Shown here piece after piece: positions 23,601-36,050 of a DNA stretch of 45,709 nt (positions within the stretch are counted from its first letter, which is position 1; the number at the start of each line of letters is the position of its first letter). Under the pieces are notes generated by a model. That model saw only the letters and a program-made list of their open reading frames with translations. It searched no databases and had not been told where the DNA came from. The stretch comes from Octopus bimaculoides (taxonomy: Eukaryota), in assembly GCF_001194135.2 (NCBI RefSeq), contig NC_069009.1, positions 6,763,821 through 6,809,529 of the forward strand. The letters are read 5' to 3'. A program made the translations under genes and the position numbers.

Positions 23601-24016
23601 TGTAATTTAAATAAAGAGGCAAAGGAATCTTTTAACACATCTCTAATGTTCAGTTACAATTGTTTCTGTGTCAACTCTGCTTTTCAACGTCTGTTTACAT
23701 AAAAAGTTCAGAGTCAAAGTTTACGTAATTGTTGCAGTTTTAAACATCAGAGTGGCACTTCCTCAGACCTGCATCGGAGGTGCACACTTACATTGTGCAT
23801 CTGCCAGGCCTAGTGTTTTCTTGATATTAAGAGGAAACAAAAAGTAAACATAGGCGCTTGATTATCAACCACATGGTTCCGGGTTCAGTCTCACCTAAGT
23901 TTTGTTTTCTGATGTGTTGTGCAATAGCTCTATATTGTAAATGCATAGGAAGTTACCATGAGTGTTGTAGTGGTTTGTCCATCACTGACTCTATGTATAT
24001 TATTTTCTTTTTCCCT

Positions 24017-24330
24017 CTTTTACTTGTTTCAGTCATTTGTCTGCAGCCATGCTGGAGCACCACCTTGAAGGGCTTCTAGTAGAACAAATAGACCCCAGGA
24101 CATACTTTTTTAAAGCCCTAGTACTTATTCCCTCGCCCTCTTTTGCTGAACCGCTAAGTAACGNNNNNNNNNNNNNNNNNNNNNNNNNNNNNNNNNNNNN
24201 NNNNNNNNNNNNNNNNNNNNNNNNNNNNNNNNNNNNNNNNNNNNNNNNNNNNNNNNNNNNNNNNNNNNNNNNNNAAATACGATGGGATTCTATTAGTTTC
24301 CGTTCACCAAATCCACTCACAAGGCTTTTG
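24017..24330 (-). mobile_element. SINE family B spanning gap 24164-24274
   Basis: The 3' half CTTGTTTCAGTC..GCCATGCTGGAGCACC..GAACCGCTAAGT lies before the gap and TTTCCGTTCACCAAATCCACTCACAAGGCTTT after it. Confidence 0.75.
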
Positions 24331-24401
24331 TGAAAATTTCAAGTGAATGTAATAAATATTTCGTAAGTTACGAGGAAAAAAGCAAATAATCTTTCAAATT
24401 G

Positions 24402-25590
24402 CAGCGGCCAAGAGTTAAGGGTCACTTAGAAAAAATGAACTACTAACTGATGTATTTGTTACTTAGGGGATTGTTAAAGGGCAAACAGTTACTTCTTATG
24501 ATCTTACATTATTGGAACATTCAAGTGTCAACATGGCAGCTTGTGAGAGACGACCTATGTCCTGTGATGAAAAACAAAGGATTGTGTACCTTCACCAAGA
24601 TTGTGTACCTTCACCAAGAGGGCAATTCAGATTGTGTGATAGCAATTACTGTAGGAAGGTCTAGAAGTGTTGTACAATGAATTGTAGCTCATTTTTAAGT
24701 CATCAGGATTGACAGATGCTAACCCCAAAACCAGTAGACCTCGTATAACTTCACCAAAAAGGATTGTTTTATGGTTAGAATGTCACAGAAGGATAAGTTT
24801 AAGAGTGCTGCTGAGATATCCCGCGAGTTTAGCTCCACTTATGTGGTTCTGCTTGCTTGGGCACCAGCAAAAAAACCGCTGATCTCCAAGAAGAATCAAA
24901 GAGCCCATCTTCGTTTCACTCACGAACATATCGTATGGGCAGAGGAACAGTGGTTGCAGGTTCATTTTAGCGATGAATCAACGTTTAATGTGATTGATTC
25001 CGATGGCAGGATGTACGTGCGACGAAGTGGCGAAAGGTTATCTCGTGCATGTGTGAAAAAGACAGTGAAATATGGAGAGGGCAGTGTAATGGTATGAGAA
25101 ACGATCTCTGCTGCTGGTCCTGGCCCACTTATTCGCCTACAAGGGACTGTCAATGCTGAAATCTACAAGCAGATTCTTCGACAGAATGCTCTTCCGATTC
25201 TCGTCAGTTCAACCTCCTATCTTCGTGCAGGACAACGCTCCCTGTCACACTACAAAGAGAGCCAAAGATTTTTTTGAGTGATGAACTCATGGACTGGCCA
25301 CCTCAAAGTCCCGATTGCAACCCTATAGAAAACGTTTGGAAGATTATTGGAGATGGGACGTGAAGGAGAAATCTAAAGAACCAAGATGAACTCTGGAAAT
25401 TATTGAAAAACGAATGGAACTATACTACTCCATTATTTTGCAAGAAATCAATTCAGTTCTGTGGTAACAGATGTCAGAACGTCACTGATAGTAAAAGAAT
25501 GTTCACAAAATATTCATAGTAAGGGTTTCTTTATTGTTCTTGTTCCATTTTTCATTGCTTTTCTTGGTGACCCGTAACTTTTGGCCGGTG
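24402..25590 (+). mobile_element. Tc1-family DNA transposon, near full length, defective
   Basis: 32-bp TIRs: CAGCGGCCAAGAGTTAAGGGTCACTTAGAAAA (24402-24433) and CACCGGCCAAAAGTTACGGGTCACCAAGAAAA (reverse complement of 25559-25590) match at 27 of 32 positions and enclose a transposase pseudogene. Confidence 0.85.
24533..25519 (+). pseudogene. Tc1 (DD34E-type) transposase pseudogene
   Basis: MAACERRPMSCDEKQRIVYLHQEGNSD..AKKPLISKKNQRAHLRF..WLQVHFSDESTFNV..KKTVKYGEGSVMV*..QDNAPCHT..MDWPPQSPDCNPIENVW..FTKYS*, with several frameshifts and stops. Confidence 0.9.
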
Positions 25591-25799
25591 AAGTTAGGAA
25601 AATTATTTGTCTCTTTCCTCATAACTGACGAAATATTTAATCCATTCACTTGAAATTTTCACGAAAGATAGATATTAGATATATTTAAATATGTGTATAA
25701 TACATATTTCTTCTATAATAAATAATTCAATACACTTGTTCTTAGTGACACTTTTATCGTGGCCTCTAAAGTGTATATATCTCGCTATATGGCAAGTGT

Positions 25800-25940
25800 C
25801 TTCTACCAAATCCGCTCGCAAGGCTTCGGTCGGCCTGAGGCTATAGCAGACGATACTTGGCCAGGGTGCCACGCAGTGGGGCTTAACCCGGAACCATATG
25901 GTTGGGAAACAAGTTCATTACCACACAGTCACACCTACGC
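25800..25940 (-). mobile_element. SINE family B, 5' half
   Basis: The reverse complement reads GGCGTAGGTGTGACTGTGTGGTAATG..CAACCATATGGTTCCGGGTTAAGCCCCACTGCGTGGCACCCTGGCCAAGT. Confidence 0.75.
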
Positions 25941-26711
25941 CTATATCTCAAGCATATTTAAACTGACATATTTGAAGTTTATATTAAAGATAATACGGAG
26001 TAGAGATTTTTGGTGAAGCATTCTGAGGCATATCTCAGTCGTAACCGCTTAAAGAAGAATTAGTATCTTGTTAGTGTGTTTTATAAGTTTATAGTTATTA
26101 CCGAGAATGGGGTCTTTTGATGTCAATGTTTTTGCAACATATCATGCTTTGCTGCTAAACACTTTGTGTTATATTTTATGAGGTTTTTGATCTGTTGCTC
26201 ATTGATTCCTCACTTAGTAGAGATTTGATTTATATAATAAACTTTATGTGTAATTTGCGTATATTTAATAGATGTGATATCTGCTGAATTTGTTGTGGTG
26301 TGTTTGCGTTTGTATACTTCCATCAGTTGGTTTATTGGCTGCTGGAATTGTTCATGACGTGTGTGAATGAGTTTGAACACATACACAAATAAATGAACAC
26401 ATACACAAATAAATACATATGCACAAACACAAACGTGCACATATACAAACATACATGCGCATATTTATATATATCCATACATACATGCATGCATGCATAT
26501 ACACATATATGCGCATGGAGCATGTGAATGACGAGATCAATTAAAATAATCATGGAAATAAGATTCCGATGGCATATCAAAGGTGTACACACAGGATAGC
26601 GTTCACATTATCCGTATGTATATATGTATATGTATGTTTGCACGCGTGCGCGTGTATTTGTGTATTCTTTTGTGTGTGTCTTTGCATAAGTTATCAATTA
26701 ATACATATATG

Positions 26712-26747
<36 letters not shown>

Positions 26748-26847
26748 NNNNNNNNNNNNNNNNNNNNNNNNNNNNNNNNNNNNNNNNNNNNNNNNNNNNN
26801 NNNNNNNNNNNNNNNNNNNNNNNNNNNNNNNNNNNNNNNNNNNNNNN

Positions 26848-27140
26848 TTGAGCGAAAACACTTAAAGCTCCACGAGGCTCCAGCAGGGGGTGGTGGTCAA
26901 CCCTGTTCTACTCTCTCACCACAATTTTCTCTCACTCTTTCTTCTTGTTTCTGTTGTACCTGTAATTCAATGGGCCAGCCTTGTCACACTCTGTGTCACG
27001 CTGAATCTCTCCCGAGAACTGCGTTAAGAGTACACATGTCTGTGGAGTGCTCAGCCACTTGCACGATAATTTCACGAGCAGGCTGTTCCATTGATCGGAT
27101 TAACTGGAACCCTCATCGTCGTAAGCGACGGAGTGCCAAC
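26848..27140 (+). mobile_element. SINE family C, tail type 2 (head lost in the gap)
   Basis: The tail GGCCAGCCTTGTCACACTCTGTGTCACGCTGAATCTC..GTGGAGTGCTCAGCCAC..GACGGAGTGCC closely matches ~44840-45006. Confidence 0.8.
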
Positions 27141-27615
27141 AAAAAACATACATACAGTAGGCTTCCGCTCAATCTCCGTCTACCATATTCCCTTACAAGG
27201 CATTGGTGAGGCTTATGTTACAATAAAAGTTATATGCTTATATATTTATTTATATATGTATGTATGCATGCATGCATGTATGTGTGTGTGTGTAAGTGTG
27301 TGAAAGTGTATGTATCTATGTAAGTGTGTGTGTAGAGAGAGAGAGCGAGAGAGAGAAATGCACGTTTAAGTATATATTTAAGTATATATGAACATGCATG
27401 TACACACACGCACGCGCATATCACACACATACATTTACACTCAAGCACACACACATACATACACACACAAGCACACACACATATATATTTGTAAGCATGT
27501 CTTTGTTAATATTTCCTTCTTGGGATTCTTCACTCCTCGGTGTTGTAGCGGCGCCATCATGACATACTCTACGTCTCTGGCATTTGAAGCCTCCCAGAGC
27601 CCATCCCGCTGTAGG

Positions 27616-27656
<41 letters not shown>

Positions 27657-28399
27657 TATGTATATCTATATATATCTCTATATATATATCTATATATCTA
27701 TATATATATGATTATGTACATTATGATTNNNNNNNNNNNNNNNNNNNNNNNNNNNNNNNNNNNNNNNNNNNNNNNNNNNNNNNNNNNNNNNNNNNNNNNN
27801 NNNNNNNNNNNNNNNNNNNNNNNNNNNNNNNNNNNNNNNNNNNNNNNNNNNNNNNNNNNNNNNNNNNNNNNNNNNNNNNNNNNNNNNNNNNNNNNNNNNN
27901 NNNNNNNNNNNNNNNNNNNNNNNNNNNNNNNNNNNNNNNNNNNNNNNNNNNNNNNNNNNNNNNNNNNNNNNNNNNNNNNNNNNNNNNNNNNNNNNNNNNN
28001 NNNNNNNNNNNNNNNNNNNNNNNNNNNNNNNNNNNNNNNNNNNNNNNNNNNNNNNNNNNNNNNNNNNNNNNNNNNNNNNNNNNNNNNNNNNNNNNNNNNN
28101 NNNNNNNNNNNNNNNNNNNNNNNNNNNNNNNNNNNNNNNNNNNNNNNNNNNNNNNNNNNNNNNNNNNNNNNNNNNNNNNNNNNNNNNNNNNNNNNNNNNN
28201 NNNNNNNNNNNNNNNNNNNNNNNNNNNNNNNNNNNNNNNNNNNNNNNNNNNNNNNNNNNNNNNNNNNNNNNNNNNNNNNNNNNNNNNNNNNNNNNNNNNN
28301 NNNNNNNNNNNNNNNNNNNNNNNNNNNNNNNNNNNNNNNNNNNNNATTGTTAATTATTAATTCTATTATTAATTGACGATTCTCTGCCCTTATTCTTGT

Positions 28400-28405
28400 A
28401 TATTT

Positions 28406-28471
<66 letters not shown>

Positions 28472-28494
28472 AAGAGAGAAAGAGAGAGAGAGAA

Positions 28495-28551
<57 letters not shown>

Positions 28552-28560
28552 TACATACAT
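28400..28560. repeat. (TA)n-(GA)n compound microsatellite
   Basis: Read directly from the sequence. Confidence 0.95.
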
Positions 28561-28664
28561 ATATACATACATAATGTATGTATGTATCACCATATCGACC
28601 AAACTAGCGGCATTTTATATATCGCTGGACAAGATGAAAAAATGTGTGCCATTATGAAGACATA

Positions 28665-28699
<35 letters not shown>

Positions 28700-29194
28700 C
28701 ACTCACATATACACATGTTCCTCAGATTATCACTGTGTGATATAGTTATTATCATCATGACTGCTTCTTCCTTCATTAGATATTCATGTATTTATATTCT
28801 TCTTGTTGGTATATATCCTAGACTCAAACATAATTCAGATGCCGTTCCACGCGTGACTATCACACCCCGTACTCTTGCTTTCGATTCGTATTTTGCAATG
28901 CGATTGTTTTTCAAGGTGTCAGCTATATAATTCGTGAGGATTTGTCAGCTATTTCTAGCATGCCGACCGACCACGGGGGAGCCTTATCCTAGGCAACGCA
29001 TGTGATGCTGAATGTAATGCCTTCAGACAATACACCGGAAGTAATGTAAAATTATTTTTTCTTTCCATGGCAGGAGAACAGAATGCATATATATATGTGT
29101 GTGTGTTTGTGTGTGTGTGTGTAGGTACGTATGCGTGTATAAACATACACACATCACACATATATACATATAACCATATATACATATGCATATT

Positions 29195-29590
29195 CTTTTA
29201 CTTGTTTCAGTCATTTGACTGCGGCCATGCTGGAGCACCACCGTAAAGGGGTTTTTAGTCGAAGAAATCGACCCAGGATTTATTCTTTGTAAAGCCCCCA
29301 ATACTTATTCTATCGGCTTTTTGCAGAACCGCTAAGTTACGGGGACGTAAACACAGCAACATATGTTGCCAAGTGATGGTGGGGGAACAAACACAGACGC
29401 ACCCACAAATATATATATAGGCGCAGGAGTGGCTGTGTGGCAAGTAGCTTGCTTACCAACCACATGGTTCTGGGTTCAGTCCCACTGCGTGGCACCTTGG
29501 GCAAGTGTCTTCTACTATAGCGTCGGGCCGACCAAAGCCTTGTGAGTGGATTTGGTACACGGAAACTGAAAGAAGCCCGTCGTATATATG

Positions 29591-29621
<31 letters not shown>

Positions 29622-30052
29622 ATGTGTTTGTGTGTCCGTGTTTGTCCCCCCAGCTTCACTTGACAACCGATGCTGGTGTGTTTGCGTCNNNNNNNNNNNN
29701 NNNNNNNNNNNNNNNNNNNNNNNNNNNNNNNNNNNNNNNNNNNNNNNNNNNNNNNNNNNNNNNNNNNNNNNNNNNNNNNNNNNNNNNNNNNNNNNNNNNN
29801 NNNNNNNNNNNNNNNNNNNNNNNNNNNNNNNNNNNNNNNNNNNNNNNNNNNNNNNNNNNNNNNNNNNNNNNNNNNNNNNNNNNNNNNNNNNNNNNNNNNN
29901 NNNNNNNNNNNNNNNNNNNNNNNNNNNNNNNNNNNNNNNNNNNNNNNNNNNNNNNNNNNNNNNNNNNNNNNNNNNNNNNNNATATATATATATATATATA
30001 TATATATACAACGGGCTTCTTCCAGTTTCCATCTACCAAATTCACTCACAAA
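29195..30052 (-). mobile_element. SINE family B (minus strand) hosting a nested plus-strand copy in its internal microsatellite
   Basis: The 3' half is at 29195-29410 and a 5'-side piece ACGGGCTTCTT.CAGTTTCC.TCTACCAAAT.CACTCACAA is at 30010-30052, both on the minus strand. Confidence 0.7.
29420..29688 (+). mobile_element. SINE family B with an intact head, running into a gap
   Basis: GGCGCAGGAGTGGCTGTGTGG (A-box-like), GGTTCAGTCCC (B-box-like), CORE-like GGCACCTTGGGCAAGTG and an internal (TA)/(TG) tract. Confidence 0.9.
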
Positions 30053-30069
30053 GATTTAATGGATAAATA

Positions 30070-30136
30070 GGTAATCCCATATCGAACGATTTCAGTCTCT
30101 GTAACGAATACTTAATCATCATCAGTGCGATTCACC
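30070..30136 (-). ncRNA. Hammerhead-like motif with strong stems I and III and a degenerate stem II
   Basis: Minus strand: GGUGAAUCGCA-CUGAUGA-[25 nt]-GAAA-UCG-UU-CGA-UA/UGGGAUUACC. Stem I has 9 bp with one mismatch and one bulge; stem III is AUCG/CGAU. Confidence 0.4.
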
Positions 30137-30596
30137 GTATTAGTTCATATACGTGAATATGTACGCATACATATACATACATACATTGACACATATTTAC
30201 ACGAGGCCAATCATTCACCCTGCGCAGCTATTTTGACTTCTATTTCTAGCATGTTGGTACTTTTTCCACGTGCCCTTCATTATGATTATATATTTTTATA
30301 TATAATTATAAATATATATTAATTTATATTAATCTATGATTTTTAATTGCCTGCTTGCTATTGATATTATTATTATTATTATTATTATTCTATGATAATA
30401 ATTTTATCCTTTTTTATAAATATATATACTTTTTTCTTGTACTTGTATATATATACTTATGAATTCTTATATTTAATATTTACAAAAGTCTACACATATA
30501 TAAAAAGCAATAGACATATATATGTATATGCATATATGTGTGTATGTGTATGTGAGTGAGCGCATATATATTTATACACACACACACACACACACA

Positions 30597-30670
<74 letters not shown>

Positions 30671-31269
30671 CAAAACATTAACACTATATGTAAATGAATA
30701 TATTTATAAATATTTATCTGTGTCTGCGCGTGTGTATATAATTGTATAAATAAATATATGTATAGGTAAATACATATTTATTAATTTACGCTCATATTTG
30801 CATACATATACATGCTATTTACATACCGTCTCAAAAACCGACAGAGACTCGCATAAATATATACACAATTTCGTCATATATAATTACACATGATTAAAAT
30901 AATACTAAATACAATTGTATGTGTGAGTGTACGTACAAGAAGAAGAAGAAGAAGAACTTCAACAACAACAAAATCAAATGCATGTGCGGTGAGGTTTGTC
31001 TGACGGGGGTAATAGGCATGCTGACGGATTAAGAAATTTAAAATGGCGGACTGTCTTATTCAGTACCATGAATAATCTTTTGAAACAGCACCGGAAGTTG
31101 AAGGAGAAAAATTAAGCGCAACGAGCATTTTATAAAGCTTTTGGACCCTCGGGCATATTTCCGTGTTTTCCCCACTTAGCTACCTAACTGGGTCACTTAC
31201 ATCTTCCGTGTGGGCGTCTCATCTGGAATATCTGTCTGCCTGTCCTGTCTCTGTCTCTGTGTGTGCTTG

Positions 31270-31381
31270 TTTGTCTTCTATCTATCTATCTATCTATATG
31301 TCTGTCTATCTATCTATCCATCTATCTGTCTGTCTATCTATCTCTATCTATCTAGCCACCCGGCTATCAACCCGTATGCCA

Positions 31382-31417
<36 letters not shown>

Positions 31418-31450
31418 GTCTGTCTGTCTGCATGTATCTATGTATATATG
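31270..31450. repeat. (TCTA)n/(TCTG)n microsatellite
   Basis: Read directly from the sequence. Confidence 0.9.
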
Positions 31451-31789
31451 TATGTGTGTGGTTGAATTTTCATGGCAATACGATGAGTGCTAATTTTACT
31501 GAACGTCACATTATCACTTGTCAGGATTACGTTACCCATTCCGTAAAACTAACGAAGACCAGCAATACATACATAGGCGTTCTAACCACCCATGATCAAT
31601 TATTGTTAATTTGATTGGAATTTCCTAACTATCAGCCAACGAGAAAAGTTTAAACAATAATATTACCGATTATTATACTGAAGGGCTCAGATGAAAATGA
31701 GTTGGCGGGGAAAATGCTCTATATACCCTAACTGTTAGTTTTAGCTTTAGGTTCTCCGGTGATACCAGCGTATTTAGCAGTAAACAAGG

Positions 31790-32085
31790 TCGAATAGGTT
31801 GTTATTCTTGTACATCCATCCCATTAATGCTGCTTGTCTTCAGGCCATCTTAAAATGTCTGCCGCCAAGTGATTTCTTACCCATTCTTTCTATGTGGTAC
31901 CCATATCAAGGTTGTTTTCGAGTTCCATTGACCGGGTAGACGGTACATGTGGTCAACCAGGCAGAATCAGTGCTCTAATTCATTCTCTTGCTGTGGACGT
32001 GACCTTGTACTTCTTAGAACCTCCTCATTTGTGACACGGTCCTGCCAGTTTACCCCCAGGTACTTTCTGGGGAACTTTTGTTGTA
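31790..32085 (-). mobile_element. RTE-clade LINE ORF C-terminal remnant, heavily decayed
   Basis: The minus strand reads RKYLGVNWQDRVTNEEVLR, followed by fragments resembling the RTE GH..R and GG..KRFKD.LK motifs. I.WQD.VTNEEVL is an RTE hallmark. Confidence 0.7.
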
Positions 32086-32554
32086 ATATATTAAGTGTTC
32101 TAAATTTAGAAAACCATGTACATAACATAATGGCATATCAAATATGTCACGCATATAAAATAAATAAAGACTGCAGCTTGTTCTATCCATGCACTACACA
32201 AGGAAAGTAGTTATGAAAAGCTAACTAAACGTACAAAAATAGCAGCGCTTCGAGTAATAAGAATACTAGACATCATAACCTACATTGGCGGCGATGGCGG
32301 CGATTGTCTCACGCTAGCGATGTAAACATGAGTGCTTATATGCACCACAGATCCCTGTGAGAGGTTATCTCTTGGTAACCATTACAGTATTGTGTGTTCT
32401 ACCACAATACTCACTTTGAAGTAGGGACAAATATTACCTTTTGATATTCATACTGCATCTGTCGCTAATGATTATTATTTTATCATAAGTGTGTCTATGT
32501 TGAACAAACTGGTAGTATGAAGATTGTTACTGACAACATATGGAACAATAACTA

Positions 32555-32760
32555 TTTCAAGTTTGGCAGAAAGTCGGCAATTTTGAGGGGAAGGGGAGAC
32601 GATTGCACTAACCCCAGTGCCCAACTGGCACATATTTTATTGACACTAAAAGGATTAAAGACACAGATGACATCGGCGGAATTTGAACACAGAACGTAAA
32701 ACAGACGAAATACTGCTAAGCACTCTGTCGGGCGTGCTAACGTTTCTACGAGCTCATTGC
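32555..32760 (-). mobile_element. SINE family A, diverged
   Basis: The reverse complement contains GAAACGTTAGCACGCCCGAC..GTTCAAATTCCGCCGA..CAGTTGGGCACTGGGG..CCAAACTTGAAA. Confidence 0.7.
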
Positions 32761-33011
32761 TTTAGCATGATCGATAATAATAATAATAAATTTCTTTTCC
32801 AGCGTCCCCTCATGAATCCGCCTTTTCAACGCCTAAGAATACTAATACTACGACTAAAAATAACTACTAACCTTTAACAAAGACTGGTCGCTATACTGCA
32901 ACTATAAAATAACTACTAACTGTCCCCTTAATGATAACTATTTAATTAACAACGTAGTTAACCAACAACTGAGCAATATATCTATTAGGAATGCTAATAT
33001 AGGTGAAATAT

Positions 33012-33418
33012 AGGCGTGGGAATCACTTTCCAGCCACATAGTTTCGGGTTCGTTTCTACTACTCGGTACCTTGGGCAAGTATCTTTTAGTATAGCCACGG
33101 ACCGACCGCAGCCTTTGCTAGACGAAAATTACATGGAAACGAGTTGCTTATACATATATTTGTATGCATGTAGACCCGTGTGGATGCCTGCGCACGTGTG
33201 TGTTTGTGCCTATGTTTCTCTTCACCGCTTGACAGCCGGTACTGGTTTATTTGTGTCTGCATCACTTATCGGTTCGGAAAAATATACTGATAGGATAAAT
33301 ACAGACATTTTTTATGGCAAAAAACTACTGAAGATGATGTTTTCGACTAAAACACTTCAATGCGGTGCTGCAGTATGGCCTCAGTCCACTAACTCAAACA
33401 AGTAAAAGATGAAAAGAC
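33012..33418 (+). mobile_element. SINE family B, old diverged copy
   Basis: CCACATAGTTTCGGGTTC..GTACCTTGGGCAAGT..CACCGCTTGACA..GCGGTGCTGCAGTATGGCC.CAGTC..AAACAAGTAAAAGA. Confidence 0.65.
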
Positions 33419-33818
33419 GTAGAGTAAAAATGTTTTATTTCTCATTACACCTTACATACTTTACATCATCTGAAGTCTAACTACTGCTCATTCCTCAGGG
33501 ACTTTCGTCTAGCCCCTGAAAAAGTAATTTCACGCGAAACATTTGTACACACGCAGAGTTTTACATAAAAATTTGCACATTAATAAATATGTGTGTGTGT
33601 GTGTATATTTATGTGCTTGTGTCTGTATGTATACGTAAATACGTGTATGCTTGTGTGTTTGTGTGTACGCGGATATATCGAGAGGATAGAAAACAGAAAA
33701 AAATCTTTTGAGATTAATATGTGCGGTAAAGGGGTGGGTGTCAGAAAAGCCACCCAGAGACAATCTGGACAAGCCATAACGTCAAACGTTCTCTGAGTAA
33801 AAGAGAAATTCCAGTAAG

Positions 33819-33865
<47 letters not shown>

Positions 33866-33971
33866 TACTAGTATTATTAAAAATAATAGTAATGATAATA
33901 ATAGTAATGATAAAGATGATCATAATAATAATAGTAATAATGATGATGAAGATGATGAAAATGATGATGAT

Positions 33972-34006
<35 letters not shown>

Positions 34007-34133
34007 TATTTGAGTGTGTGCGTCTGATGTATCTATGTATGAGAGTGTGTTTTATATGTAGGTATATGCATATAAATATCAGAATGTATATTTTTATATA
34101 CGGCTGTGTACGCGTGTGCATATATATAGAGAG

Positions 34134-34183
<50 letters not shown>

Positions 34184-35109
34184 NNNNNNNNNNNNNNNNN
34201 NNNNNNNNNNNNNNNNNNNNNNNNNNNNNNNNNNNNNNNNNNNNNNNNNNNNNNNNNNNNNNNNNNNNNNNNNNNNNNNNNNNNNNNNNNNNNNNNNNNN
34301 NNNNNNNNNNNNNNNNNNNNNNNNNNNNNNNNNNNNNNNNNNNNNNNNNNNNNNNNNNNNNNNNNNNNNNNNNNNNNNNNNNNNNNNNNNNNNNNNNNNN
34401 NNNNNNNNNNNNNNNNNNNNNNNNNNNNNNNNNNNNNNNNNNNNNNNNNNNNNNNNNNNNNNNNNNNNNNNNNNNNNNNNNNNNNNNNNNNNNNNNNNNN
34501 NNNNNNNNNNNNNNNNNNNNNNNNNNNNNNNNNNNNNNNNNNNNNNNNNNNNNNNNNNNNNNNNNNNNNNNNNNNNNNNNNNNNNNNNNNNNNNNNNNNN
34601 NNNNNNNNNNNNNNNNNNNNNNNNNNNNNNNNNNNNNNNNNNNNNNNNNNNNNNNNNNNNNNNNNNNNNNNNNNNNNNNNNNNNNNNNNNNNNNNNNNNN
34701 NNNNNNNNNNNNNNNNNNNNNNNNNNNNNNNNNNNNNNNNNNNNNNNNNNNNNNNNNNNNNNNNNNNNNNNNNNNNNNNNNNNNNNNNNNNNNNNNNNNN
34801 NNNNNNNNNNNNNNNNNNNNNNNNNNNNNNNNNNNNNNNNNNNNNNNNNNNNNNNNNNNNNNNNNNNNNNNNNNNNNNNNNNNNNNNNNNNNNNNNNNNN
34901 NNNNNNNNNNNNNNNNNNNNNNNNNNNNNNNNNNNNNNNNNNNNNNNNNNNNNNNNNNNNNNNNNNNNNNNNNNNNNNNNNNNNNNNNNNNNNNNNNNNN
35001 NNNNNNNNNNNNNNNNNNNNNNNNNNNNNNNNNNNNNNNNNNNNNNNNNNNNNTATATATATATATATATATATATAAGCACTCATATATATGTATAGAT
35101 GTGTGTGTG

Positions 35110-35140
<31 letters not shown>

Positions 35141-35187
35141 GCGTGTGTGTGTGTGTGTAAGTGTGTGTCTGTATGTATTGATGTGTT

Positions 35188-35218
<31 letters not shown>

Positions 35219-35671
35219 ATGTAAATATAGCTAGATAGAAGGATAGAAGAATAGATATATATGTATGTACTTAATTATACACGAACATCTGAATATGTAT
35301 ATGTTTATATCTGTAGGTATTTATGTATATATCTTTGTATGCACACACACACACCCATATACATTTATATATACCCACACACACATATATATACATTTAT
35401 ACATTCAGATATACACACACAAACATTTGTATATATCCATATACGCTTTGGGCACCCCTACTCCTCTTTCTCCTCCCACTCTCACCCTTACACCAAACAC
35501 CTCACCTCCTTCACCTCACAATCTTCTCCACCACCACCACCACCAACACCACCCCCGGCTCATTATCCTTTCCTTCCCCTCAAAACCTCCGTCTTTGCGC
35601 ATTCCGTCGACTCACATTTACCAAATCTTACACCAATCTTATCGGATATGTTACTACTTTCAGATATGTAT

Positions 35672-36050
35672 ATAACAGTATCGAACGTACAACCAGAAGT
35701 TTTCCTCGTTCCTTGATGTGGTTTTACCATTCCATTATCTTTTCAAAGATTCCTTCATTTCTCTCTGAGTATAAAAACTTTTTTCCATTCCTTCGTATTC
35801 CCACATATTTTTGGAACACTTTTCTTCCATTTTGTTCTCCAAGCATCTCCCGTGTGCTTGAGTGACGTTCATTCCTCTCCACTGATTTTACAGTCGTCTG
35901 CCGTCTGTAGTCACCCTTTTGATTTTTATCATTCTTTATTTCTTCAAATTTCTTTTTCTATCATTCATTTTTCTAGAACTCTTCTACTTCATTTTTTGTT
36001 TAGATATTCTACTTTTTCTGAAATCTGTTTTCGATCTTCTAGTTACGGCT
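35672..36050 (+). repeat. Unclassified pyrimidine-rich repeat, copy A of 3
   Basis: ACAACCAGAAGTTTTCCTCGTTCCTTGAT.TGGTTTTACCATTCCATTA..CTTGAGTGAC.TTCATTCCTCTCCACTGATTTT..GTCGTCTGC is shared with 37841 and 40604. Confidence 0.8.

Noticed and set aside
25625-25670. CUGACGA...GAAA as a hammerhead
   Set aside because: Stem II has at most 2 bp and there is no stem I pairing.
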